DNA from: Arenicellales bacterium
Lineage (GTDB): Bacteria; Pseudomonadota; Gammaproteobacteria; Arenicellales; JAJDZL01
Length of the DNA: 64,000 bases
Reading direction: 5' to 3'
Assembly: GCA_963664525.1 (NCBI GenBank)
Contig: OY761535.1
Coordinates: 1,295,314-1,359,313, forward strand
Positions 1 through 9,800 of this stretch are shown piece after piece. The position numbers were made by a program, and so were the translations under genes. The notes under the pieces are model-generated. The model did no database searches. It saw only the letters and a program-made list of their open reading frames with translations, and had not been told where the DNA came from. Positions within the stretch are counted from its first letter, which is position 1, and every line of letters starts with the position of its first letter.

Positions 1-741
1 ATTGGCGATCGGAGTATAGGGAAACGCCTGTCCAATCACAGCGATATCGAATCCGCCCAAAGATTTCATGGTGTAAGGTGCAAAGGCATGCCCGGTAAAT
101 TCATCATAGGCAGGCTTTTCGTCAAATTGCGCCTCTTCGGTCAAAAAGACATTTTGCGCAATAAAATCGCCATCAAATGCTTGCAGATTCTGCTGAAAGA
201 CTTCCGGTGTGTAGGTAAACTCCCAATGACCGGTGGCGATGTCAACGCCAAGAAGATTATTCGCCTGCACCATTTCCATGCCATTCGTCCATAGTGCAGT
301 ACCCGTTCCTTGCCAGCTGTCACCGCCATCAAGCAACAGCGTCCGGTCAGAACCATAGTCTTGACGTAACTGGTTGACCAGGGTTTTCAGGTTGGCATAT
401 CCCCCGACCTTGCCGAATTGATCGGCGAGTCTTGGAAAATCGGTGTAGGTGAACGCGTAAGCTTGTGCTGATCCCGGTGCGACACCAAAATGTTTTAGAT
501 ATGCCTCTCCAACAATATGCGGGGGTTGTCCCCAACTGTTACCAATTCCGATATTGATGTGAGGCTCGCGAAAATAGACCGGGTTTAGCTGCGCGTGGGT
601 GTCGGTAATATGCAGCAGCCGGACATGCCCAAAGGAAGGGACACTGTAAAGATCATTGCCGGCAGTGAGCCCTGCCGGCAACATCCCCGAAACACCAGCA
701 ACCGCCAGCGTCTGGATAAATTCTCGGCGATTAATGTGCAT
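1..741 (-). CDS. soxB: SoxB thiosulfohydrolase, N-terminal part (runs off window)
   Basis: Not in the ORF track because it is open at position 1. My minus-strand translation from the ATG at 741..739 gives MHINRREFIQTLAVAGVSGMLPAG (twin-arginine signal). It is followed by HITDTHAQL and LLLDGGDSWQGTG metallophosphoesterase motifs typical of SoxB. No stop occurs before position 1. It lies downstream of soxXYZA. Confidence 0.85.
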   Translation of the reverse strand, partial: MHINRREFIQTLAVAGVSGMLPAGLTAGNDLYSVPSFGHVRLLHITDTHAQLNPVYFREPHINIGIGNSWGQPPHIVGEAYLKHFGVAPGSAQAYAFTYTDFPRLADQFGKVGGYANLKTLVNQLRQDYGSDRTLLLDGGDSWQGTGTALWTNGMEMVQANNLLGVDIATGHWEFTYTPEVFQQNLQAFDGDFIAQNVFLTEEAQFDEKPAYDEFTGHAFAPYTMKSLGGFDIAVIGQAFPYTPIAN

Positions 742-862
742 GCAAGTTAATCCATCTGATCGAAAGTTAACTCAAATTACTCAAATTTATCAACTTCAAC
801 CGAGGAAATATGCATGTCATCCCACCGATATTGGTAACGCGACTGTGCGTTGTTGCGCGCAA

Positions 863-1177
863 CTACCGAATCACGCGCCCTTCCCAAAGGGAACTCTCGC
901 GCTGACCTTGTACGATTCCCGCTTCCCCTTGAAGTTTCGCTTGCGCAACCAGTTCCATTGCTTTTTTCAGGTCCCCGCTCTGGGCGGTTTCTTGAGCTTT
1001 CTTTAATATTTTAGCGGTATCTCGCCACTCATGACCCAGTTCGCCCGCCATTTTCCTAGCTTCATTTGCTTCGGTAAATGCCTGGTTGAAATCTTCAACA
1101 GTTGGTTCTGATGCACCCACCACGCCTGCTACAGCAAACACAGCGCACGCCAACAAAGTTTGAAATAGTGCTTTCAT
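863..1177 (-). CDS. small secreted protein between soxA and soxB, possible SoxK (SoxAX-binding subunit)
   Basis: 104 aa with a signal peptide (MKALFQTLLACAVFAVAGVVGA). It sits exactly where soxK lies in the soxXYZAKB order I recall from Chlorobiaceae. The adjacent SoxA is monohaem, the type that partners with SoxK. The call rests on synteny only. Confidence 0.45.
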   Translation of the reverse strand: MKALFQTLLACAVFAVAGVVGASEPTVEDFNQAFTEANEARKMAGELGHEWRDTAKILKKAQETAQSGDLKKAMELVAQAKLQGEAGIVQGQRESSLWEGRVIR

Positions 1178-1192
1178 TTTTGTCTCCTTCGA

Positions 1193-2029
1193 TTACCTGC
1201 GAACGCCTGGTCCGTTGTAAATCAACCCATTGCTCATGTAAGTGAGGAAGTATTCAAGATTCCGGTACTGTTCGCTCTGTGCTGGAAAAGGTTTTGCGCG
1301 AACCTGGCTGTTACAGCCACCAAAACGGCGATGCAGCGTGCCAATTGCACCCCACTTCAAACGATATACCGGCCAATGGCTGATGTGGCCGAGTGCTGGA
1401 CTGAGCATTTCAGTTCGAATGGATCCGCCTGAACCGCCCACGTGACAATCTGCACAGGCAAAATTCAATTGACCGCGCTTGGTGTAGTAAAACTGCTTGC
1501 CCATTTCGTAGGCTTGCAGTGCGCGAGGATCATCCGGAATGACCACGTCAATTGTCTGACCTCGGGAAGTGTACGCCATATAGGAGGACAATTCTGCGAT
1601 TGAACCCCTTTTCCACTTGAACGGTTTTTCCCCGTTGGCTTCTCGGCACTGATTAATCGCCAGTTCCAATGTAACCACCTTTCCTTGATCAGCATCGAAA
1701 TAGGGGTAATTTTGTCTTATACCCATACCACCGTTTTCAAAGCAATCGGCGTAGGTTTTGCCATTGGCAAAAGGTGTATTAAAAATTTCTTCCCCGCGCT
1801 CTAACGCCAGTTCGTAAGGCGGAAATTCCTCCAACACTTCCCACTGTTCTCGAGAAACCCGATCAATCGAGTAGATGCCATTGATGAATTCATCTTTCGG
1901 AACATCAGGAAATTTGGTCAGATAATAGTTCTGGAATGCGATTCGGTCTTCTTCCGGGCCTGACGACGCAATGGTCGACACACCGGCGAAAAAACAGCCC
2001 AACACTACAGATACAAGAATTTTCTTCAT
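1193..2029 (-). CDS. soxA: SoxA cytochrome c (monohaem type)
   Basis: 278 aa with a signal peptide and a single CxxCH (FACADCHVGG). The GGCNSQVRA segment carries the Cys haem ligand typical of SoxA. Located in the soxXYZA block. Confidence 0.9.
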   Translation of the reverse strand: MKKILVSVVLGCFFAGVSTIASSGPEEDRIAFQNYYLTKFPDVPKDEFINGIYSIDRVSREQWEVLEEFPPYELALERGEEIFNTPFANGKTYADCFENGGMGIRQNYPYFDADQGKVVTLELAINQCREANGEKPFKWKRGSIAELSSYMAYTSRGQTIDVVIPDDPRALQAYEMGKQFYYTKRGQLNFACADCHVGGSGGSIRTEMLSPALGHISHWPVYRLKWGAIGTLHRRFGGCNSQVRAKPFPAQSEQYRNLEYFLTYMSNGLIYNGPGVRR

Positions 2030-2066
2030 CGATTTTCTCCGTTTCGTTGTTTACACGTTGGACGAG

Positions 2067-2378
2067 CTATCCAATCGTGTATTCTTTTTCGCCTGTTTTG
2101 CCCATGTTGTCATGCCAGGCCAAAACCAGGGTATCTCCGGATTTTGGACCACTGATCAAAAACGAAAGATACGGATTCTTGGAAATTGCAGGCCCCCAAT
2201 GAGCTCGCAACATTTCCTGCCCCTGCCAGTGGCAGGTTACCACATCGACAAAATGAGCTGGAATCAACTCACCGGTTTTGCTGTCTTTGCGCTGCCCGGT
2301 TTCCATCGGATGCTTGATGAGCATTTTGACCTGGACGTTATTGTCACTGGTCATCTTAGCTTTTGCTTTAATTGCCAT
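2067..2378 (-). CDS. soxZ: SoxZ sulfur-carrier partner
   Basis: 103 aa with a typical SoxZ sequence (VKMLIKHPMETGQRKD...HFV). Lies immediately downstream of soxY. Confidence 0.9.
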   Translation of the reverse strand: MAIKAKAKMTSDNNVQVKMLIKHPMETGQRKDSKTGELIPAHFVDVVTCHWQGQEMLRAHWGPAISKNPYLSFLISGPKSGDTLVLAWHDNMGKTGEKEYTIG

Positions 2379-2402
2379 TATTCTTTACCTCGTCAAATGA
2401 GC

Positions 2403-2882
2403 TTATCCACCGCAACCGCCGATGGTAACTTTAACTTCACTTGCGCCTCTGAATACTTGCCCGTTTGATTTAACCAGTGCAATAACATCAGAGGTTTTTC
2501 CCATCTTGATCCGGACCGACACTTCCGGCACAATACCAGGCTGCAAGTCAAATGCAGCAACCATTGGCGCCGGGTTTTTCGGGACAAGGATAGCGATGGA
2601 TTCGACATTGTCCAGATTCGCTGTGACCTTAATCGGTACAACCGCACCGTTTTCAGCAATTTCCGGACCTTTAACCGTAATTGCATCACTGTCTTGAATG
2701 CCATTTTCTCCGAACAACGCTTTAAGCGTTGCATCAAGATCGTCTGCATCGAAAGCCATTTGAGGACGGTTTGCTGCGTGCGACAGATTACCGAGAAGTC
2801 CCCAAGATGCGGCCAGCCCAACCAAACCGGTTGCTGCTGCACCTTTTAACAACTTGCGTCGCTGTAGATTATTGTTTTTCAT
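2403..2882 (-). CDS. soxY: SoxY sulfur-carrier protein
   Basis: Has a Tat signal (RRKLLKGAAATG) and the hallmark C-terminus VTIGGCGG. The track start at 2891 is a GTG. The ATG at 2882 has AAGAGG about 8 nt upstream, so I prefer 2882. Confidence 0.9.
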   Translation of the reverse strand: MKNNNLQRRKLLKGAAATGLVGLAASWGLLGNLSHAANRPQMAFDADDLDATLKALFGENGIQDSDAITVKGPEIAENGAVVPIKVTANLDNVESIAILVPKNPAPMVAAFDLQPGIVPEVSVRIKMGKTSDVIALVKSNGQVFRGASEVKVTIGGCGG

Positions 2883-2894
2883 CAATATCACCTC

Positions 2895-3254
2895 TTACAG
2901 AGTGTAGATATACTCAGTTATTTTATCAATTTCATCATCGGTCAGAATTCCATGGCGACCAAACGGCGGCATCATCGTATTGGGATTTGCAGCCGTAGCA
3001 TCCCAAATCCGGGCACGCAGTTTCGCCTTTTCTGGAAATCGTTGCTTCATAAAAATCAGTGGTGGGCCATGGGTGCCAGGGAATTGCCCGTCGCCAATAA
3101 TATGGCAGGAAAGACAATTTCCACGCTTGCGATCAAAAGCAACGTTCTTCCCTTCCGCAATGAGTTCAGCGTCAGCAAAACTGACATCGGTCGATAACGC
3201 TGAGACAGAAATCATCGCTATAAATGAAATGATACCAATTGTTGTTTTCATCAT
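2895..3254 (-). CDS. soxX: SoxX monohaem cytochrome c
   Basis: Contains haem motif CLSCH and a signal peptide beginning MMKTTIGIISFIAMISVSALS. First gene of the sox block. The start could be 3254, 3251 or 3311. Confidence 0.8.
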   Translation of the reverse strand: MMKTTIGIISFIAMISVSALSTDVSFADAELIAEGKNVAFDRKRGNCLSCHIIGDGQFPGTHGPPLIFMKQRFPEKAKLRARIWDATAANPNTMMPPFGRHGILTDDEIDKITEYIYTL

Positions 3255-3512
3255 AGTACTGTTTATGACTCCTCGAAAAGAAGTTTGTTTTACTAAAACC
3301 AAGCCCGCCATTGAACAAATTTAAACCTGCAAGAAACTCGACTGGACCAAACATTGTGTTGGGCTCAATTTAAAATGCAGTATTGTATTGTATAAAAGTA
3401 TTTCATTGAATCTGCCAATTTTAGTACCGATGAGTAATGGGGTATTTGACGAAGCGCCATCGTACGCCGAAATGAAAACTACACCCGTTGCATTAATCCT
3501 GTTTTTGACACT

Positions 3513-3878
3513 ATGAACCTGACTTCGGACGAACTCAAAATAATTGCTGCTCAGGCCAGTGACTTTCTTAAACAGTTGGCGAATGAGCAACGATTGATGA
3601 TTTTATGCCATTTGGCCGATGGTGAAAAATCTGTCAGTGAACTGCAGTGCCTGGTAGGACTGGAACAGTCTTCAATATCCCAGCACCTTGCCCGATTGCG
3701 CAAACAAGGGATTATCACTGCGCGGCGAAACTCACAATCAAAGTACTATTCGATTGCTGATGAAAATGTCCTTCAAGTGATTGAATTGTTGCACGCCCTG
3801 TACTGCCAGCCTATTCCATCGCCTTCCATTGACGACGATGATTTTGTGGACCTGGAAACTGAAAATCCGATCAGTTAA
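3513..3878 (+). CDS. ArsR/SmtB-family transcriptional regulator (SoxR/sHdrR-like)
   Basis: 121 aa with the ArsR winged-HTH core (LANEQRLMILCHLADGEKSVSELQCLVGLEQSSISQHLARLRKQGII). Divergent from soxX. No ELCVCDL metal site is present. Confidence 0.85.
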   Translation: MNLTSDELKIIAAQASDFLKQLANEQRLMILCHLADGEKSVSELQCLVGLEQSSISQHLARLRKQGIITARRNSQSKYYSIADENVLQVIELLHALYCQPIPSPSIDDDDFVDLETENPIS

Positions 3879-3899
3879 CTGTCAATTAGTCAATCAAAA

Positions 3900-6800
3900 A
3901 TGAAACCCATTCAAGCGGTGCCAATCGCAGTGATCGGGATGGCTTGTCGGTTTCCAAATCATGCTGCCGATATCCAGTCATTCTGGGAGGTAATCGAAAG
4001 CAAAACCGACTGTATAGGGCCAATTCCTTCCAATCGATGGGACAGTTCGCTACTCGATGGGTTGAATCTTACTTTAGAGACACAATTTGCCAAAGTTGGC
4101 GGGTTTATTGAGTCTGTTTTTGATTTTGATAGTGAGTTTTTCGGGACCTCGTCAACTGAAGCACTACAAATCGACCCTCAACAGCGAATGTTGCTGGAAC
4201 TGGCGTGGCGTTGCATGGAAGATGCCGCATTGTCGCCAAAAATGCTCGAACGCTGTTCCACCGGCGTCTACGTCGGTGTCATCAACCACGATTACGAAAG
4301 ACTGGTGCTCGCAGATCGCAGCGGAATCAATGCTTATTCCGGACTCGGACGATCGACCAGTATTGCCGCCAATCGAATATCATACTTTTTCAACTTGTCA
4401 GGTCCCAGCATCGCGATCGACACAGCCTGCTCATCGTCACTAACGGCTGTTGATGCGGCCTGTAATGCACTATCCAGTGGAAGCGCTAATCTTGCATTTG
4501 CGGGTGGTGCCAACGCAATTCTAGCTCCAGAAAGCTACATCGAATTTTCCAAGGCTGCAATGCTGTCAAAGTCCGGTCGCTGTCAAGCATTTGATGCCAA
4601 TGCAGATGGTTTTGTCCGAGCCGAAGGCGGTGGGCTGATACTGTTGAAGCGCTTAAGCGATGCGCTGATTAACAAAGATCGGATTTACGCGACGATCATC
4701 GCAAGCAGCGTTAACCAGGATGGAAAAACAGCAGGCATCATGGCCCCAGACCCGGCTGCACAACAGGCAATGATGCGCGACGCACTATCGAAATGCGGTC
4801 TAGACCGTAAAGATATCGGTTACGTTGAAGCACATGGCACCGGGACACAGGTGGGCGACACGATTGAAGCCAAATCACTCGGGGCGGTGTACGGACATCC
4901 GAACCTTTTTGTTGGTTCGGTTAAATCGAACATTGGTCACACCGAGGCTGCAGCGGGCATCGCTGGCTTAATCAAAGCAATTCAGGCTGTCTATTTCGGC
5001 AAGATTCCACCGAATCTGCATTTTGCGACCCCAAATCCGAAAATTGACTTTGAATCTTGGGGCATCCGCGTTCCAACTGAATTGCAATCGTGGTGTCCTC
5101 CTCATGGAGGTGCGAGAATCGCTGCGGTCAATTCCTTTGGATTTGGTGGAGCGAATGCCCATGTGATTGTTTGCCAGGCACCGAATCACCATCTTCGTCA
5201 GCGGCAAAAGGATGCATCTGACGTTTGGATTCCAGTGAGTGCCCGAAATAGCAACGCACTTGATGAACTGCGTTCAAGTCTCGAAAATGAAATCTCCGGA
5301 CCCGCGGTACAACTGGAATATCTAGCCTATAGCGCAAATCGCATGCCACGCTTTCAATTTCGTAGTGTGATGAAAATAAGTGCCGACAGCAAAAAGGGCT
5401 CGGCTAAATTACTTGAATCGATCAACCAGGCAAACTCAGGACTGGATCAATCCTGTACAGACGAGAACCCGATTGCCTTTGTTTTTTCAGGGATCGGAAA
5501 GAAATGGGACGGTGAAGGCTCAAAGCTTTATGCAAAATATCCGGTCTTCAAAGCGACAGTTGATCTTTGTGATGAACTGTTTAGTCCAGTCTTGAAGATT
5601 CGACAGACTTTTGTTTCAGGCGATCCATTCGAAGCAGACAATTTAGTCAAAGCGCACGCCATCCACTTTACACTGCAAATTTCACTGTATGAACTGTGGA
5701 AGTCTTGGGCCGTTCAAGCCAAGGCGGTCATCGGACATAGTATGGGGGAAGTTGCCGCAGCCTGTAGCGCTGGATATATCACGTTGCCTGAAGCAGTCGA
5801 ACTTGTCATCGATCGTGCTTCGCGTATTGAGCATTTTTGCAATCAAGGACTGATGCTGGCTGCTTCGCTTCACCCAAAATCCGCACGCGAAATCATTGGT
5901 GCTCATCAACTGAACATTTCATTGGCTGCAATCAATAGCCAAAATTCTGTAACTGTGGCAGGCCCTGGCAACCAAATTCAAAAATTCGCCAATGTGCTGG
6001 ATCAAGCTAACACATTCTACCGGGTATTGGAAGTTCCAGTACCGTTTCACAGTTCGATCATTGAAAGTGCCAGGACAAAATCCTGCACCTTGAGCGGTGC
6101 GATTGACGCAAGTCTGGAAAAACCAACCTGGTATTCGTCCGTCACAGGAACAAAAATCAAGCAGGAGTTTCAAGAAACAGAATTTTGGTGGAATAATTTT
6201 TTAGACCCCGTCAAATTCCATGATGCCGTAACTGATGCAATTCAGTCAGGTCATCGCGTATTTGTAGAAATTGGACCCCATGCAAGCCTTCACTACAACC
6301 TACATGAGTGTTTCGACACACAGAATGTGACAGGTCAAAGCTTCGCTCTTTTCTCGATGCACAAAGACCGAGCCGAAGATAGCACCATGAAAGCCAGCGC
6401 GGCTGCACTATTTAATTTGGGTGTTGACGTCGACTTTCACCAATTCAATCATAGCGGCGCAGTGTGTCAGTTTCCGACAACGCCATTTGCAAGACAATCT
6501 TATCGCAAAGCAGCACCCCGAGTGCAAGACCACTTCGAATATCCAAACAAACCATGTGCTCTTTTGACAAACCAACGCACATCGAGGCAGCACCTGTCCT
6601 GGGAAATTCCGCTCAAAGTTGCCGAATGGCCCTGGCTTGAAAATCATCAACTGCAGGGCAAATTAATTTTTCCAGCGGCCGGTTACATTGAAGCAGCCCT
6701 GCAAGCGGCAAGCCTTAAATATCAGAACTCATCCATTGAACTTCGATCATTGCAATTTTCTAATCTGCTTGAAGTTCAGCCAGACAACGAAACGAGCTTA

Positions 6801-9800
6801 ACGTTCAATCTTCAAAACTGTGCTTTTGTCCAAGATTTTCAGATTTTCAGTAATGCCAGTAGTACCCATGCGCAGACGACGCATTGCCACGGTCAAATCG
6901 AAGCGGGACAACAGGCACGCCCCCAACTTCCAGTCCAAGAAATTCTAAGTACACTCACCACTCATTTGTCCTTCGAGCAAATTGATGAGCGATTCAAAAC
7001 TTGGAACTTTATGGGAGACACCAGCAACTGGGGGCTATCTGATGTCCGAATCGATGGGCACAAAAGATTGATGGCGAAACTTGAACAAAAAAATCCCGCC
7101 AATTCAATTGCACAAGCATGGCTTTTGCATCCATCACTTTTAGATCTTTGTTTTCGTTGTGTTGTTGGAATTGCAGATCCACTCGAACCCGTTGTCCCTT
7201 ACGAAATTGAGTCTTTGAAATATTGGCATGACAAGCCAGACTCAGTTTTTTGTTATATCCAAGTCCTTGACTCAGAAACAGGCACATTGGTAATCGACAT
7301 TGATATTGCAAGCGCTGAAGGGACAGTCATTGCCAGCATTTCCAAACTTCACCTTCGTCAGTTCAGCGGGCACAAATCAGCAAATGTCGCAAATGCCCCC
7401 TCTTTGATCGCCTTCAAACGACAGTGGAAAATCGCTCAAACTGAACTTTCTATAGGATCGCAATTTGATTGCTCACCAACAGACTTTAGAGTGAAGATGG
7501 AAGAATACTCTTCAAATCTCACACAGTCCCAGCAACGATGGCGGCATTATGAAAAGATTAACCCAGCACTGACTGAGATTACAGTCGCCTACATTGGACA
7601 GGCACTACGCCAAGTAGGAATTAAAGTCAAGCCAGGACGAATATCCCTGGGCGATCTTTTCTTGCAGTGCAGGATTAGTCATAGTCAAAGTGACCAATTC
7701 AATGCCTTACTCAAGCTGCTGTCCGTCTGCGGCTACCTTGAATTTGAACAATCTGTCGATGGTTTGACACCTGAAACTGGAATCCATTGGTTAAAGGAAT
7801 TGAACGCTAAGCCTGCCGTCTCGATTGCAAAGTTCTTTACGATGTCAGACGCAGCGCAATATATGGCAGAACTTCAACTCATTTCCCGTTGCGGGAAACA
7901 ACTGCTGCCTGTCCTGACTGGCAAGCGCACCGGGATTGATGTTCTTTTCCCCGAAGGCGCATCTGATCAACTTGAGAATTTTTATTACGGCGCACCCACC
8001 TGTCGGATCTATAACCAAATTCTCAGCCACTCAGTTGAATTGCTGCTTAACTCCTGGCGACTTGCCAGACCTTGCCGAATACTTGAAGTCGGATCCGGTA
8101 CCGGCGCTCTGTTAAGTCTCTTGACTCCGATCCTCAGAAGATACGAGATTGAATATACCTTTACCGATGTCTCAAGCCTTTTTGTTCGGCGCGCGAAATC
8201 ACGTTTTGGCCATTTGAATTTTGTACGATTTGGACAACTCGACCTTAATGCTGATCCAAATACACAGGGATACGAACTTGAGTCGTTCGACATGATTCTG
8301 GCTGCTGATGCTTTGCACTTGACCAATTGCCCCAAACAAGTACTAGAGCACCTAACCAAATTACTGCATCCGGGTGGAAATCTGACATTTGTAGAACTCA
8401 CTGATGAACCCGCCTGGGCACCGATGGTGTTTGGCATGCTACGCGACTGGTGGCCAAGAAGCAAAACCCATCGATCGCCGTATAGCCCTTGCCTTTCCCA
8501 AAGAAGATGGCTAAAACTGATTGATCAGATTGGTATCGATCGTGTCGCTGTATTGAGCGATCGTCCTGGAAACAACGCCGGCATCCATAGCGTTTTTGTG
8601 GCCCGGAAAAAAGGCCAGCCAATCGTAGCAAACGTACCGGTTGAAACCATCGACTGCGATCGCTTGATCTTTTCCAATGGCGGTGAGTTTTCCTGTAACT
8701 TTATTGAACATTTTGATTCGGATAAGACTTTGCGAGTTGCGGCCGGTACGAAATATTGTTTTGACAATAATCGAATTGTCATCGATCCGAACACCGCACA
8801 GCATTTCGTGCAGTTGATTGACGACCTTCGCCAGATAAAAGCACTACCAGATGAAATCTTATTTCTTTGGAATTTTGCCGCTACTGAAGCAGATTCCCAC
8901 TCATTCGAACTAGCGCTTCGCTCATCTTCAGTGCTGGCAATTGCTTCATTATTGAAGGCCTTTGATTATCACGGCCTGACACCTAGTTCTCTGACACTGG
9001 TCAGTTCCAATGCGCACAGAGTAGAGAATCAGGCAAATTTGTCAAACTGTCTGGAAGCCGCGATTTGGGGCTTGGGCAGAACGCTTCGAAACGAATACCC
9101 TGGATTGGATGTGAGATTAATCGACATCGATCCATCAACGGATACGACCGGAAAGAATCTATTTCAATTTTTGCAATCGAACTCTGATTTGCCGGAAGTG
9201 TGTTTAAGAAATTCAATCCAGTTTGTCCCCTTTGACACAAAACTCAATCGCAACAATCTGACGATTGCTCCACCTCGATATGCTGCACTGTCGATTCAAC
9301 GTAGCGCAGGTCTCGATTCGCTGTCTTACAGCCTCAAAACCCTGCCCGGTGCGAAAGATACTGAAGTCGTCATTGAAGTCGCGGTTTGTGCACTTAATTT
9401 CCGTGATGTCATGATTGGACTTGATGCACTACCGGCTTCATCAGTTGAGTACGGATACATGCAGAGATCGATCGGCATTGAGTGCACAGGTACGATTGTA
9501 CGCGTCGGCAATCAGGTTAAAGACTTGGCCGTCGGTGAGCGCGTTGTTGCACTGGCTAAGAATTCACTGGCCAGCCACACCATTACCAATGAAAAGTTTG
9601 TCCACACACTGATAGATAATCAATCGCTTACATCCTATTGTGCATTGCCGACAGCGTACGTTACTGCACTTTATTGTCTGCAAACAATTATTGACCTCAA
9701 GGCGACTGATCGTGTTCTGATTCACTGTGGATCAGGCGGTGTTGGCCTCGCCCTGATCAATCTGGCTAAAAAGTCAGGGTGTGAGGTTTATGCGACAGCC

